The position numbers were made by a program, and so were the translations under genes. Below are positions 18,701 to 28,488 of a DNA stretch of 64,000 bases, piece after piece. A model generated the notes under the pieces. It was not told the origin of the DNA. It did not search any database and saw nothing but the letters and a program-made list of their open reading frames with translations. Location: positions 1-64,000 of the IMG/VR virus record IMGVR_UViG_3300046665_000361. One strand, given 5' to 3'. This DNA is from a virus. Positions within the stretch are counted from its first letter, which is position 1; every line of letters begins with the position of its first letter.

Positions 18701-21700
18701 ATCTCCGACAGATCAGCAGCATCTTCAAGCAGGCTAGATTCTCCTGCTTCCTCAGTGATGTCTGCCAACTCATCGAGCTTGTCACCAAGATCCTTGTTCA
18801 GTTTCTTGATAGCGTCGACAACAGGATTATCACCCATCGCAGCCAAGGCGCCCATGCCAGCACCCATTGCTCCGTCTTTCTTCCGGCGCAGAATGTCTTG
18901 CCACGACCAATCCCGAACACCGTCATGGTCAGTGTCGCTAGCTGAGAACTTGGTCTGGTATTTGGATTTGAGGAGTTCGAGGATCTCAGTTTGCACCCGG
19001 AGTTGTTCGCCTTGGATTTCAACGGCAGCTTGTGCCATCTCCTCGTTCAGCATCCCAATCCCGCTCTTACCTTTACCAAGTCGGCCAAAGGTATTTCTCC
19101 AAAGACCACCTACGACTTTCTTACCAAGATTCCATGCGCCCTTATACGCCTTACCTACGAACTTACCGTAAGCAAGTGCAGCACGGGCAGCCAGCTTGAT
19201 AGCCGATCCGGATACCGCAGCGAAACCACGACCAATCGTGAACAGCAGCGACCCATTGCGGGTATAGAACGCTTTGTACTTCTCGATCTCTTCCTGAGAC
19301 ACGATTTCGGTGTTGTTGATATCGTAGACCGGACCTTTGATGTCTTTCAGTGACCAGATAGGCTCACCATCTTTGGTGCGGTAATATCCTTTCTTCATCA
19401 GGACAGATCGGATACGAGGTTCTTCATCCCCAGGGAAGTACGCATCAAACTGCGTGAACTGATCGAGAGCAACCTCTACCAATTTCTTACCAACCTTCCA
19501 CATGGTCCCGTAGGTGAACTTGAAGTAACCTGCGATACCTTTACCGGCAAGTCCTGCAACCTTCGCCCCAGCACGACCCAAGAACCCTGCCAGAGACTGG
19601 CCCTGGCCATTGTACAAGCCTTTCTTGAAGTCTTCCTCAGAGAGAACCTCATTCCCTTCCCGGTCAATAACCTTACCGGTAATGTCAGAGATCTTCTCGA
19701 CGATTTTATTGCTGTTGACGTCTTTGAAATACCCTTTGCGGATATCCCGAGCAGTCATGCGCGGATCTTCTTCACCGAAGACGTGGATGTCAGAGACTCC
19801 GAACCCATCGATCCGTTTGAACGGAAGCTTAGCACCAGCAACCCCGAGTTTAGCCCCACCCCACAGACCTTTACCGATCAGCTTGTAAGTGCCGAACGTA
19901 TAGTTCTTCATGGTGCGAGCTGACCACTTGGTAGCGCCCCACAGGCCGCCGAAGAATTTCTTGGCAGCATTGCGGACGGTCAAGTCGCCACTACCCGGTG
20001 CTCCACCCGGACCACCTGGATCGTTAGGATCACCACCGGCCCCAGGTCCTGCGTTATTAGGCAATCCATTAGCAGCAATGAACGCCAACGCTTGGTTGAT
20101 CATTTCGATCTGGGTCTTGAGGCCATCCAGACGGGTATGCGCTTCGGAGTCAGAGACTTTCAGCGGATCTGGCCATTCGATCTCAGCCTTGACCACAATC
20201 GCACCACCAGACGGTGGGAACGGAGGTGGTGCTGGAGGAGGTCCTGGCATCGGAGGCGGAGCGGGTGGCGGTACAGGACCTGGAGCAGGACCTGGGCCCG
20301 GACCATAGCGACGACGGCTGAAGTTACCGGTCAGTGCAGAATCATCCTCAACATCGAAGATACCCGCAGCGCGACGTTTACGAGCCAGATCTTCTTCGTG
20401 GAGACGTTTAGCTTTCTCCTTGACCGTCTCGTTGAGTTTGGTCTTCTTCTTCAGCTCGGTTTCATCACCAGCCAGGATCTGATCGTAGAGAGAATCCAGT
20501 TTGATGTTATCGCCGTTCCTACCATCCCAACCACTGATACCCAACTCACGGAACGAACGCCGACCAAGCACTGTAGACAGCGCATTGAGCTTATGTCCGT
20601 ATTCAGGCACCGTGTCCGCGGTTTGTTTGTACGTATCGCCGATATCGCGCGTCCATCTGGTTTTCTCTTCGTCAGCGTAGCTTTCTTGAGTATCCAGATT
20701 GATGTGGAACTTCTCAGCGATGAACTCCCTGATCTCTTGAGCAACGCTCGGATCAGTGTCAGTCCAACTGTCAGGCTTGACGTAGAACTCAGGCTTCCAA
20801 GGCATCTTGTTGGCCATCTGTCCCAACATCTTCTTACGCAGAGCACGTTTGGCTTCAGTCGACAGTGTATTGGCTTCCATCTCTGCCAACAAGTTATCGA
20901 CAGCGCTACGGACCGAATTGCCACTATCCTTAATAGCAATCTTCATGTGCTGCTGAGCAAGCGTAGAACGTTTGACAAGACTGCCTGTGTAGTGACTCCA
21001 GCCAGTTTCTTCCTGATCCTGACCCGTAGCCATGGTCTTGACCCAACGGTCAATAGACGCAAGCTGGGCAGGCAGGATCTCTGTTACTGTTTTGTAATAG
21101 AGGTTATCAAACTTCGCTTCGCCGCCAGCATCCAGTTCGTCAATACGTTGGCCGGCAATGGAAGTTCCAGCACTGTGAGTATCGAGCAGACCTTTAGCGC
21201 TCGCGTGAAGGAGGCCGAATTTGGAATCATAGTCAGTATCGCTCTTAGCGTATTCGTTGATGAGGGCGGCTGGGTCAGTAAGTAGTCGACGAAGGAAGTT
21301 ATCGCCACGACGAACTCCTGGAACTTGGTCAAGGTAAGGTTTAGCTTTCTTCGCGCCCCATTCTGCTGCACGGCCGACTTTATCGGCTACCCAGTCAGAT
21401 GCAACGCTACCCACGATACTGCCAGCCATTTGAGCCTTGCTGCGCCCAAAGCCTTCAGCAGCGCCCAGCTCGTTGTGGAAATCAATAGCGTTACCAAGGA
21501 AGTCAGCAGCATTCTTCTTGACGCCAGAGAACAACTTGGTGGCATAAGCGCCAGCAGACAATGCCAGACCTTGCACCAGTTTATTCTTGAGCTGCTGCTC
21601 GACGACTTCACGGTTACGCATCTTGACGAAATCAGGAAGCGCGGTGTTCTTGACGATAGCCTTGAGTGCTTTATCAGCACCACCGAAGAACTCACTTTGA

Positions 21701-22383
21701 GACTTCAGTGTACGAAGACCTACGTCCAGTTGACGATAACTGATTTCCAGGTGTTTGCGCTGATAATTGATCAGGATGTTATCTTGATACGCTACCAGAC
21801 GACCGATCCCTTTAGCCATCATCATGTCGACTTTCATCGACGCGCTGAAACGCTTCTGGTCACGTACACCTTTTACAGCATCGTTGAACTTGTTCTCGAC
21901 AGAGGACTGAGCCGTAATCTTCAGGAGATCATCGAGTCCTGCAATGTTCTCACCAAGTTCGTCGTGTTCTTTATACGACGATTTCTCAGTGGCGGACTCA
22001 GCGGCTTCGATAACGGACTTTGGCAACAGACGACGAAGAGCAGGGTTGTTCTTGAGCTTGCGTTGCATTGCAAGCATGTAAGGGTTGAGGTCTGATTGCT
22101 TGTCACGGAGTACATCTGCGATGCCTTCATCCAGCGCATCGTATGCATCCATAGCCTGACCATAACCCTTCGGGATAGCGCTCTTAATCAGGCGCTTGAA
22201 GAGGCTTGGGTCAGTCAGTCTATTCTTCAGACCAGATTTGAATCCGTCCTTGGCGTGGTGTATTGGCGACCTGTCATCTTTGGTCTCTGCAAAGGGATCA
22301 CCATCGTCACCCCAATCCATATCGTCAAAATTCAGATCGTCCAGGTCTCCCTCGCCGAAGTTGACTTCGTCTTTCTTGGCCAT
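15718..22383 (-). CDS. Giant tail-associated protein with C-terminal lytic transglycosylase (phiKZ gp181-like; tape-measure/cell-puncturing)
   Basis: 2221 aa; SLT motifs AGVESAFDP, AAGLFQF..GTW, YMAHFLGLGGA; hydrophobic A/G-rich segment; divergent from the vRNAP genes. Confidence 0.88.
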   Translation of the reverse strand: MAKKDEVNFGEGDLDDLNFDDMDWGDDGDPFAETKDDRSPIHHAKDGFKSGLKNRLTDPSLFKRLIKSAIPKGYGQAMDAYDALDEGIADVLRDKQSDLNPYMLAMQRKLKNNPALRRLLPKSVIEAAESATEKSSYKEHDELGENIAGLDDLLKITAQSSVENKFNDAVKGVRDQKRFSASMKVDMMMAKGIGRLVAYQDNILINYQRKHLEISYRQLDVGLRTLKSQSEFFGGADKALKAIVKNTALPDFVKMRNREVVEQQLKNKLVQGLALSAGAYATKLFSGVKKNAADFLGNAIDFHNELGAAEGFGRSKAQMAGSIVGSVASDWVADKVGRAAEWGAKKAKPYLDQVPGVRRGDNFLRRLLTDPAALINEYAKSDTDYDSKFGLLHASAKGLLDTHSAGTSIAGQRIDELDAGGEAKFDNLYYKTVTEILPAQLASIDRWVKTMATGQDQEETGWSHYTGSLVKRSTLAQQHMKIAIKDSGNSVRSAVDNLLAEMEANTLSTEAKRALRKKMLGQMANKMPWKPEFYVKPDSWTDTDPSVAQEIREFIAEKFHINLDTQESYADEEKTRWTRDIGDTYKQTADTVPEYGHKLNALSTVLGRRSFRELGISGWDGRNGDNIKLDSLYDQILAGDETELKKKTKLNETVKEKAKRLHEEDLARKRRAAGIFDVEDDSALTGNFSRRRYGPGPGPAPGPVPPPAPPPMPGPPPAPPPFPPSGGAIVVKAEIEWPDPLKVSDSEAHTRLDGLKTQIEMINQALAFIAANGLPNNAGPGAGGDPNDPGGPGGAPGSGDLTVRNAAKKFFGGLWGATKWSARTMKNYTFGTYKLIGKGLWGGAKLGVAGAKLPFKRIDGFGVSDIHVFGEEDPRMTARDIRKGYFKDVNSNKIVEKISDITGKVIDREGNEVLSEEDFKKGLYNGQGQSLAGFLGRAGAKVAGLAGKGIAGYFKFTYGTMWKVGKKLVEVALDQFTQFDAYFPGDEEPRIRSVLMKKGYYRTKDGEPIWSLKDIKGPVYDINNTEIVSQEEIEKYKAFYTRNGSLLFTIGRGFAAVSGSAIKLAARAALAYGKFVGKAYKGAWNLGKKVVGGLWRNTFGRLGKGKSGIGMLNEEMAQAAVEIQGEQLRVQTEILELLKSKYQTKFSASDTDHDGVRDWSWQDILRRKKDGAMGAGMGALAAMGDNPVVDAIKKLNKDLGDKLDELADITEEAGESSLLEDAADLSEIKGGGRHGRRGGRRGPGRIRRMAGGLWNGVKKVGGVLGKIPGAGLIGRGALAVGSMALSGLATAGGALISGAAAAGSAIVGALSLPVVLGVAAVAGIAYLGYRWYKSSEAKKWPLLYLRMTQYGVSPTNQERVEKVIQLEGLCKGAVTIKPDGTGEMNPNGIDMSAFMKIFKADDQEALNKLLGWIARRFRPVYIAHCAAMNKIRGNTDLSSADTGIGDSEIDTFLTTVDIPNMKAVYDDRSLSPFDSKLDCDSGDVLDAVKMVRDRRETKKDNAETLATNAAKLGDAAAVAAATTVTVSAKGASPDDIAKGIKVAPALLGGAGSFAATAATRQNLQLQSLDIPTAVRYKTYGLKELKLDKCQQLQAAEEIYWDRIQYSGTDKAVINGNTDELQAKMMDIFKPSGDVAHSEVIRWMENRFIPVLLQYAISCRRRFNGNAKDAPKNLTGPLLKEVLNETTSAKAPTMFGTVSVWSIVNSPWPGVELETMPGSVKMYLDSIDSGDTTKVLNVAGMETQARTDSKNTEFGNRLTNVALGNTTANGNQNNIGKTGPTLANYGKIYGGGAVAGGMTGQSTTGSGTGSMLMTAPNGTKVEHPGGGTGGDINTLPDAHGKGVGTMGPLIESAAKMVGFDPKIALQVAGVESAFDPNVDNGTAAGLFQFVKGTWKDMLTKYGPTYGISPNTPRTDARANAILGICYLKENYEGLQKSLGGDITDLQLYMAHFLGLGGAKRFLSAPPGAPSSQYVEPLSFRNNPSVFMEKGRTRTVAEVLADMQRRMNIGLKKAGLPPSGSATSVSDRAADPAATNSGAGGSKFGAMPGSDNADTPASTATTAGAAVSAADATASANAPKDAANLGAGTTAPASYTPAPTAAPATPVAPNAPSNAPIDVGDAGVIPPQAPAISPSNAAAAASQSRGQLERQSSANELGDVFQKYLTIATESRDYLKEIAGKIDAIVTRGSGSNSDGQKAQPMVTRSEPAPRNPLTVHRPDAVT

Positions 22384-22446
22384 ACCGAGTCTCTCTTTAT
22401 GGGAGTCTGTTATTCATAAAACTTTTGTCAGGTGAGGTGATCCGTC

Positions 22447-24126
22447 TTGAAACAGGACATGCTACCTGCGCTTCTGTGGATTTTGCACGCAGAAGACGCT
22501 GACTTGAAACACATCGCCGAGATTACGCGTACCGATATCTTTGACGGAGCCAGTAACGACTTCCATGATGAAGGGTTGTTTTCCACCCGCATCTTTGGAC
22601 TCGTTGGTTCGCCTGAGCGGGACGAAGTCTACGGTAAGATCAACCTCATGGTTCGCATCATCCATCCGAAGATCTATCGAGATCTGATCGGGATGCGCGA
22701 GCTATATAAGGATATCCTCGCTGGTACTCGTACTGCAAAGTTTGATACGGCGATTGGCGACTTCGTTCCGAGTATGGGTGAAGACGCTCAGACCGGTTAT
22801 TCTTTTTTCTTTGAAAACATGCAGAACATTTCTCTCAAGGCGAACAAGTCCCCGGCTCGCAGTGAGCGGATCAAGTTTCTTGAGCGCTGGCGTCATCGTT
22901 GGACCATGAAGAACCTGATCGTCATGCCAGCTGGTCTGCGCGACGTCGAGGTCGGTGACGATGGACGGCCTACCAAGCATGAGATCAACGATCTCTACTG
23001 GCGCGTACTGTCGGCCACCAAGACGATCACCAAGTCGAACGACATGATCTCGCCGGTGTACGACACAGTCAGACACCTACTTCAGAACAACGTCAATGAT
23101 CTCTACAAGTACATGGAGAACATGCAGGGCGGTAAAGGTGGTTTCCTCAAAGACCGCTGGGCTTCTCGCCGGGTTCGTGAAGGTACTCGCAACGTTCTGA
23201 CTTCGATGGACACCTCAGGTATCCATTTGGATTCACCGAACGTGCCGTCGTTTGACAGCTCGATGCTTGGCGTGTATCAGGCGGCAGTGTCGCTCGCGCC
23301 TCTGGTCATCCATTGGTTGCGTAACGGTTCAATCGCGAAGATTGCTACCGCTGGCGAAGGTGCAGTTCCGTTGGTCGATCCAAAGACCCTCAAACAAGTC
23401 TGGGTAGATCTTCCCCCAGCTGAGCGAGATCGTTGGACTACCAAAGACGGTCTGCGTGATGTGATCAACAGCCTGATTGATGTTGAGGCCAGACATCGTC
23501 CGGTAGTGATTGCCGGCAACTATCTGTCGCTGGTGTATCTGGGCGAAGAGTCCTTCAAGATCTTTGACTCGATCGACCAGTTGCCGAAAGCATTCGATAG
23601 CGCAGCGGTTCACCCTATCACACTGATGGAGTTGATCTATCTGGCAGGTTACGCTCACTGGAGTAAATACTTCACTGACATCGTTCGTTACCCAATTGAG
23701 GGTGATGACTCGACGTATCCTTCCAGGCTTTATGTTCGCTCCACCTCGGTAGGTGAAGTTCGCTACGAGCTCGATGATCACTGGCACCTGTCGAAGAAGC
23801 CTGAGAACATGGCTGTGGAATATCCGAAGTTTGGGTTGACCACTTACCATGACTCCGAGTCTCCTCATCCATCTCGTCTTTCTGGGCTGGGTGCTGACTT
23901 CGATGGTGACACCGGTTCAGCTACGACAGTGATGGTCAAGGAATCTCTTGAAGAGACCGAACGCTATCTCGGCACTCGTGCTGCATGGGTACGTCCAGAT
24001 GGCCGTCCTCGTGCCAGTGTGGTGTATGACACCGCAGAGCTCGTCGTCCGTAACCTGACCAGTCGATTCGACCATGTCCGTCAAGCGCCGACACCCAATA
24101 TCAAACATGTACTCGGCCCGGCATAA
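22447..24126 (+). CDS. Virion RNA polymerase beta' N-terminal/catalytic subunit (phiKZ gp180-like)
   Basis: EGLFSTRIFG, VMPAGLRD, GKGGF...RRV..GTRNV, and catalytic GADFDGD; TTG start with GAGGTG SD. Confidence 0.92.
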   Translation: MKQDMLPALLWILHAEDADLKHIAEITRTDIFDGASNDFHDEGLFSTRIFGLVGSPERDEVYGKINLMVRIIHPKIYRDLIGMRELYKDILAGTRTAKFDTAIGDFVPSMGEDAQTGYSFFFENMQNISLKANKSPARSERIKFLERWRHRWTMKNLIVMPAGLRDVEVGDDGRPTKHEINDLYWRVLSATKTITKSNDMISPVYDTVRHLLQNNVNDLYKYMENMQGGKGGFLKDRWASRRVREGTRNVLTSMDTSGIHLDSPNVPSFDSSMLGVYQAAVSLAPLVIHWLRNGSIAKIATAGEGAVPLVDPKTLKQVWVDLPPAERDRWTTKDGLRDVINSLIDVEARHRPVVIAGNYLSLVYLGEESFKIFDSIDQLPKAFDSAAVHPITLMELIYLAGYAHWSKYFTDIVRYPIEGDDSTYPSRLYVRSTSVGEVRYELDDHWHLSKKPENMAVEYPKFGLTTYHDSESPHPSRLSGLGADFDGDTGSATTVMVKESLEETERYLGTRAAWVRPDGRPRASVVYDTAELVVRNLTSRFDHVRQAPTPNIKHVLGPA

Positions 24127-24141
24127 GAAGGGACAGTTACC

Positions 24142-27100
24142 ATGGCAGAAATGCTGCAATATCAACAGTATCGTCTTCGGTACACTTTGTTCCGGAATGC
24201 GCAGTTGGGTTTGCCTACCACTTACCCAATTGCTAAACTCCAGCTGCCTCGTTATTCCATCCTGCACTATGTCGCAGTTGATGGCGTAACGGTAGGGCCG
24301 CAGGCATCTGATCAGATCTTTCTGACCACATCGCAGATGCCTTTCATCGAACATGTGACCAAGTACAACAACCCGATCGGATCGCCCATCCGAGCGTTCT
24401 CGAACGTCGACCTCATGATCACCAACTACCGTCGAGTCAATCGGATCTTCCGACCTCTGCGTAAGTTGGAACGTCTCGAAGCCGACCCTCGTTCGACGGT
24501 GATCTTCAACTACAGCCTTCTGGCTCATGTTGTCAAGTATGCTGCATCGTTCCGGGCAAGCTGGTACATGTGGCGCAACATCTATCAGGAAGTTGTCAAC
24601 AAGGTGAACGAGCTGGGGGCTGTAAGTAACCGCCAGCAATTTATCGAGATGGAGCTGCCTGAAGTCATGCCGGCTCTGTCTGCTCTGCGTGAGTACAGCT
24701 CTCGTCAGACGTCTGACACTTTGTCTAAGATCCGGACTCCTGAGCTCAAGATGGTAGCGGATCTCTTCATGTGGTCCGGCAAGATGAGACACATGAGTCT
24801 GCTGGGACAGATCAAGCCTGAGTATTACAGTAAGGTTAACCTGATCGTTCGTCGCATGAACGGTTGGGTTGTGCTCAACCTTGGCTGGCTCAATGATCTT
24901 CGTTCTGATGTCGAACCGGTCGACGGCGAGGATGAGAAGCAGGCTCGTGAACGGGCAAAGGGCATGGACCCTGCGATGTTCTCTCTGCGCGTCCTGAAGC
25001 TGCTGACCCTGATCCATCAGGCTACCACTCCGATCGCTACGGACACTGCCGAGACTATCGTGCAGGACCCTCTGGTTGAAGAGAATCCTGAAGATGCGGC
25101 TATCGACGTCCAAGACTTCAATGTCGACGATGAAGATCCTCAGCAGAACAGCGAGGAGTTGGTCGATGACGACGCTGAGTTGCAAGCACTGGAGCGGGAG
25201 CTCGAAGAGCTTGATAAGCTGAAGGAGTCGGTACATCACATCGAAGAGCAGACTGACGATGAAGGTAACATCATCGAAACAGCACCGATCGATATCGATG
25301 CGTTGATCGCTAAAGGTAAGCCTGCTGAACCGGGGCAAGCCTTGATCAACAAAGCCGACGAGATGGCTTCCAAAGGGTTGCTGTCTCCCGGCGAGTATCG
25401 TCGACTGGTCAAGATCTCGAACGTGTTTGAAACGCTGCCTGATCCGTATGGTAGCGACAAGACGTTTAAAGAGGCGATGGAAATCCCTGAAGAAGATCTC
25501 ATCATCAAGCCAGTATCTCTGACTGATGACGATGTCGTGACTGATCCTTCGCTGACCCACTCTCGTGTCGATGCGATGGAAAAGCAGTACATCGAAAAGA
25601 TCATGGCCAAAGACATCATGCGGTGCGTCTCCTCGATGCAGCGTGGCGCTGTGGCTATTACCGGATACAGCATCGATCGGTATACCGATGCCGTGAATGA
25701 TCGTGAGACTCACATCGTCAAGTTTACACCGGCGTTGGGCGTTACCTCTACGATCAAGATCCCGGTGCCTGTGATCAAGCCTAACGGTACGTTCCTCTAT
25801 AACGGTACGAACTACCGCATGCGTAAGCAGCGGGCCGACTTGCCGATCCGTAAGGTATCTCCAACCCGTGTGGCTTTGTCGAGCTATTACGCCAAAGTGT
25901 TCGTTGAACGCTCTGCGCGCAAGAAGTTCAGCTACAGTAACTGGTTGCTTGCACAGCTTATCCTGAAGTGTCGTGATCCTGATGATGCGCACATCTCGAA
26001 AGCTGTGATCAGTACCGTGGCCAACTACAAAGCTGACGTGCCTCTGATCTACAGTACAATTGCAGGTTCCATTGCTGCGTTTACTGTCGACAAGTACGAT
26101 CTCTTCTTCGACTATAACCGTCGGGTTGAGAAGATGGGTTATTCGGCTGAAGAGCTCCAGCATGAAAAGCCTGGCTGGGTGTTGGTAGGTCGAAACCGTA
26201 AGACCCCGCTGTTGATGGGTCCTAACGGCATGATCTATGCAATCGAAGGTGAAGGTCTGGTCGATATTGACACGATCGAGAACTTGGCAGGGATTGAAAC
26301 TAATCCATTGTCAACACCTACGTACATGGCTGAGATGAAGATCTATTCGAAGACCCTCCCGACTGGCTTCTGTTTGGCCTATCTGCTGGGCATCGATGGT
26401 CTGCTCAAGGTCATCAAAGCAAAACCTCGCCGGGTGGTGATTGGCGAGAAACTCAACCTGCAAAGCAACGAGTACGCGATCAGGTTCAAGAATGAAACGC
26501 TCGTCTTCAATCGCGATAACATCTACGTGTCGATGTTGATGAGTGGCTTCAATCTGTATCAGAACGTGATCAAGAACTACGACATCGAGTTGTTCAACGA
26601 TCGCGATGTATACGCGGCGGTGCTTGACCGAGATGGTACAGGTAGTCGCTATCTGCGTGAGTTGGATTCGATGAACATTTTCTTCGTCGATCCGATGACT
26701 GAGGATTTGTTGCGTTGGATGAATGAGCCTACCACGTATACCGAGCTGCTACTGCGCGCTGTGCAGATGCTCGTGACAGATGTGGTGAAATCAAGGCGAG
26801 ACGACAAGACCGGTTTGGTACAAGGTCTTGAACGGGTGAGGGGATACGAGCGTATTCCTGGGATGATCTACGAGACTATGTCTAAAGCGATGCGGGCGTA
26901 CAATGCGCGTGTAGCCTCGGGCAGATCGTCTGTACAGATCAACCCTAATGACGTGACCAACGCGATTGTACAAGACCCTACGACTGCTCCAGTGAACAAC
27001 ATCAACCCTGTCCATGCGTTGCGTGAGCGGGAAGTGATTACGTTCGGTGGGCGCGGTGGGCGGTCTCGTCGTGCGATGGTAGCGTCTGCTCGGTTGTTTA

Positions 27101-28422
27101 CTGACGAAGACATGGGCCTGATCTCAGAAGGTACGGTGGACTCCGGTGACGTAGCCATCATTACCTATCTGGCACCTAACGCTAACATCACTACGGCTCG
27201 GGGCACTACTCGAATCTGGGATAAGAAGCGTGATGGTGCGTCGTCTATCATGTCGACTGCTGCTCTGCTGAGCTTTGGTGCGGATGGTGACGATCCTAAA
27301 CGGATCAACTTCATCAACGTCCAACACGGTCACGGGATCATGACTGTAGGCTCTGAGGTCCAAGGGTGTCGTACCGGGATGGAACGGGTACTGGCTTCTC
27401 GGATGGGTCCTGAGTTTGCGGTTACCGCAGAGCAAGATGGTGAAGTTACTGAAGTGGCTGAAGATTCAATGGCGGTTACCTACAAGGATGGTTCGGTAGG
27501 TAAGTATCCATTGGGTTTGATCCACACCTCCGCGGAAGGTTCTATCTATCCGCACACCATCCTGTCTGGCCTCAAGGTCGGTGAGAAGTTCAAGCAGTTT
27601 GATGTCGTGACGTATAACTCGGGCTTCTTCAAGCCGAGCCCGTTGGATCCTTCTCGTGTCGACTACATGAACGGCTGTATTGGTCGTGTGGCTCTTCGTG
27701 AGGCTACGTACACCGTTGAGGACAGTAGTTCTTTGTCGGTTGCGTTTGCATCGAGGATGTTGACGAACGTTTCAAAGCTCAAACCGGTGCGTATCAACTT
27801 CACTGAAGGGGTTGAGGACTTGGTAAAGGTAGGCGATACGGTCGACCTTGACACAATTCTATGCACGATCAGGGGCGCTGTTTCTTCGGCAGCAGGGCTC
27901 TATGATGACGACACCAGGGAGACGCTGGGTCAATGGGGTGCAGCTGCGCCCAGAGCTAAAGCGGTCGGGGTCGTCGCCGATATCGAAGTGTTCTACAACG
28001 GCGACATCGATGAAATGTCGGATACGCTGCAAGAGATCGTGATTGCGTCTGAAAAGCGTAGACGTCGTGCTGCTAAACGGCTTGGTAAAGATTACACGCC
28101 GGGTGCAGTGCCGCGTAACGTACGGATCGAGGGTTACAATCTCGAAGCCCGTCAAGCGGTCATTCTTGTTTACATCACCACGCCTGTCGGAATGGGTGTA
28201 GGTGACAAATTGGTTATTGCCAACCAGATGAAGTCCACCGTTGGTGCGATCTTGTTTGGTGACAACCGGACTCTGTCTGGTGAAACAGTGGATCTGATCT
28301 TCGGTGCCAAGTCGTGTATCGACCGTATCGTTACCAGCCCATTTGTTATTGGTAGTACCAACACAGCGCTTCGCTACATCGGTGAGTCTGCCTACGAGAT
28401 GTACTTCGGCGACGATCAGTAG
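24142..28422 (+). CDS. Virion RNA polymerase beta N-terminal large subunit (phiKZ gp178-like)
   Basis: 1426 aa; GTFLYNG..Y.M..Q, SEGTVDSGDVA, DDPKRINF..VQ, TVEDS, GDKLVIANQMK, VDLIF. Confidence 0.92.
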   Translation: MAEMLQYQQYRLRYTLFRNAQLGLPTTYPIAKLQLPRYSILHYVAVDGVTVGPQASDQIFLTTSQMPFIEHVTKYNNPIGSPIRAFSNVDLMITNYRRVNRIFRPLRKLERLEADPRSTVIFNYSLLAHVVKYAASFRASWYMWRNIYQEVVNKVNELGAVSNRQQFIEMELPEVMPALSALREYSSRQTSDTLSKIRTPELKMVADLFMWSGKMRHMSLLGQIKPEYYSKVNLIVRRMNGWVVLNLGWLNDLRSDVEPVDGEDEKQARERAKGMDPAMFSLRVLKLLTLIHQATTPIATDTAETIVQDPLVEENPEDAAIDVQDFNVDDEDPQQNSEELVDDDAELQALERELEELDKLKESVHHIEEQTDDEGNIIETAPIDIDALIAKGKPAEPGQALINKADEMASKGLLSPGEYRRLVKISNVFETLPDPYGSDKTFKEAMEIPEEDLIIKPVSLTDDDVVTDPSLTHSRVDAMEKQYIEKIMAKDIMRCVSSMQRGAVAITGYSIDRYTDAVNDRETHIVKFTPALGVTSTIKIPVPVIKPNGTFLYNGTNYRMRKQRADLPIRKVSPTRVALSSYYAKVFVERSARKKFSYSNWLLAQLILKCRDPDDAHISKAVISTVANYKADVPLIYSTIAGSIAAFTVDKYDLFFDYNRRVEKMGYSAEELQHEKPGWVLVGRNRKTPLLMGPNGMIYAIEGEGLVDIDTIENLAGIETNPLSTPTYMAEMKIYSKTLPTGFCLAYLLGIDGLLKVIKAKPRRVVIGEKLNLQSNEYAIRFKNETLVFNRDNIYVSMLMSGFNLYQNVIKNYDIELFNDRDVYAAVLDRDGTGSRYLRELDSMNIFFVDPMTEDLLRWMNEPTTYTELLLRAVQMLVTDVVKSRRDDKTGLVQGLERVRGYERIPGMIYETMSKAMRAYNARVASGRSSVQINPNDVTNAIVQDPTTAPVNNINPVHALREREVITFGGRGGRSRRAMVASARLFTDEDMGLISEGTVDSGDVAIITYLAPNANITTARGTTRIWDKKRDGASSIMSTAALLSFGADGDDPKRINFINVQHGHGIMTVGSEVQGCRTGMERVLASRMGPEFAVTAEQDGEVTEVAEDSMAVTYKDGSVGKYPLGLIHTSAEGSIYPHTILSGLKVGEKFKQFDVVTYNSGFFKPSPLDPSRVDYMNGCIGRVALREATYTVEDSSSLSVAFASRMLTNVSKLKPVRINFTEGVEDLVKVGDTVDLDTILCTIRGAVSSAAGLYDDDTRETLGQWGAAAPRAKAVGVVADIEVFYNGDIDEMSDTLQEIVIASEKRRRRAAKRLGKDYTPGAVPRNVRIEGYNLEARQAVILVYITTPVGMGVGDKLVIANQMKSTVGAILFGDNRTLSGETVDLIFGAKSCIDRIVTSPFVIGSTNTALRYIGESAYEMYFGDDQ

Positions 28423-28435
28423 CTTCCCCCTCAAG

Positions 28436-28459
28436 CCACACCCGGATATCCGGGTGTGG
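28436..28459. repeat. Perfect 24-bp palindrome
   Basis: CCACACCCGGAT-ATCCGGGTGTGG in the gap after the vRNAP beta gene. Confidence 0.85.
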
Positions 28460-28488
28460 TGATATATGTACACTGGAGATGTGCCCCA

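Noticed and set aside
23917-26163. 748-aa antisense ORF, and similar ones at 1292, 5914, 20092, 28655, 31621, 37428, 38378, 44487, 46039 and 53369
   Set aside because: Shadow frames opposite genuine genes whose codon usage avoids TTA/CTA/TCA; no SD, no motifs, atypical composition.
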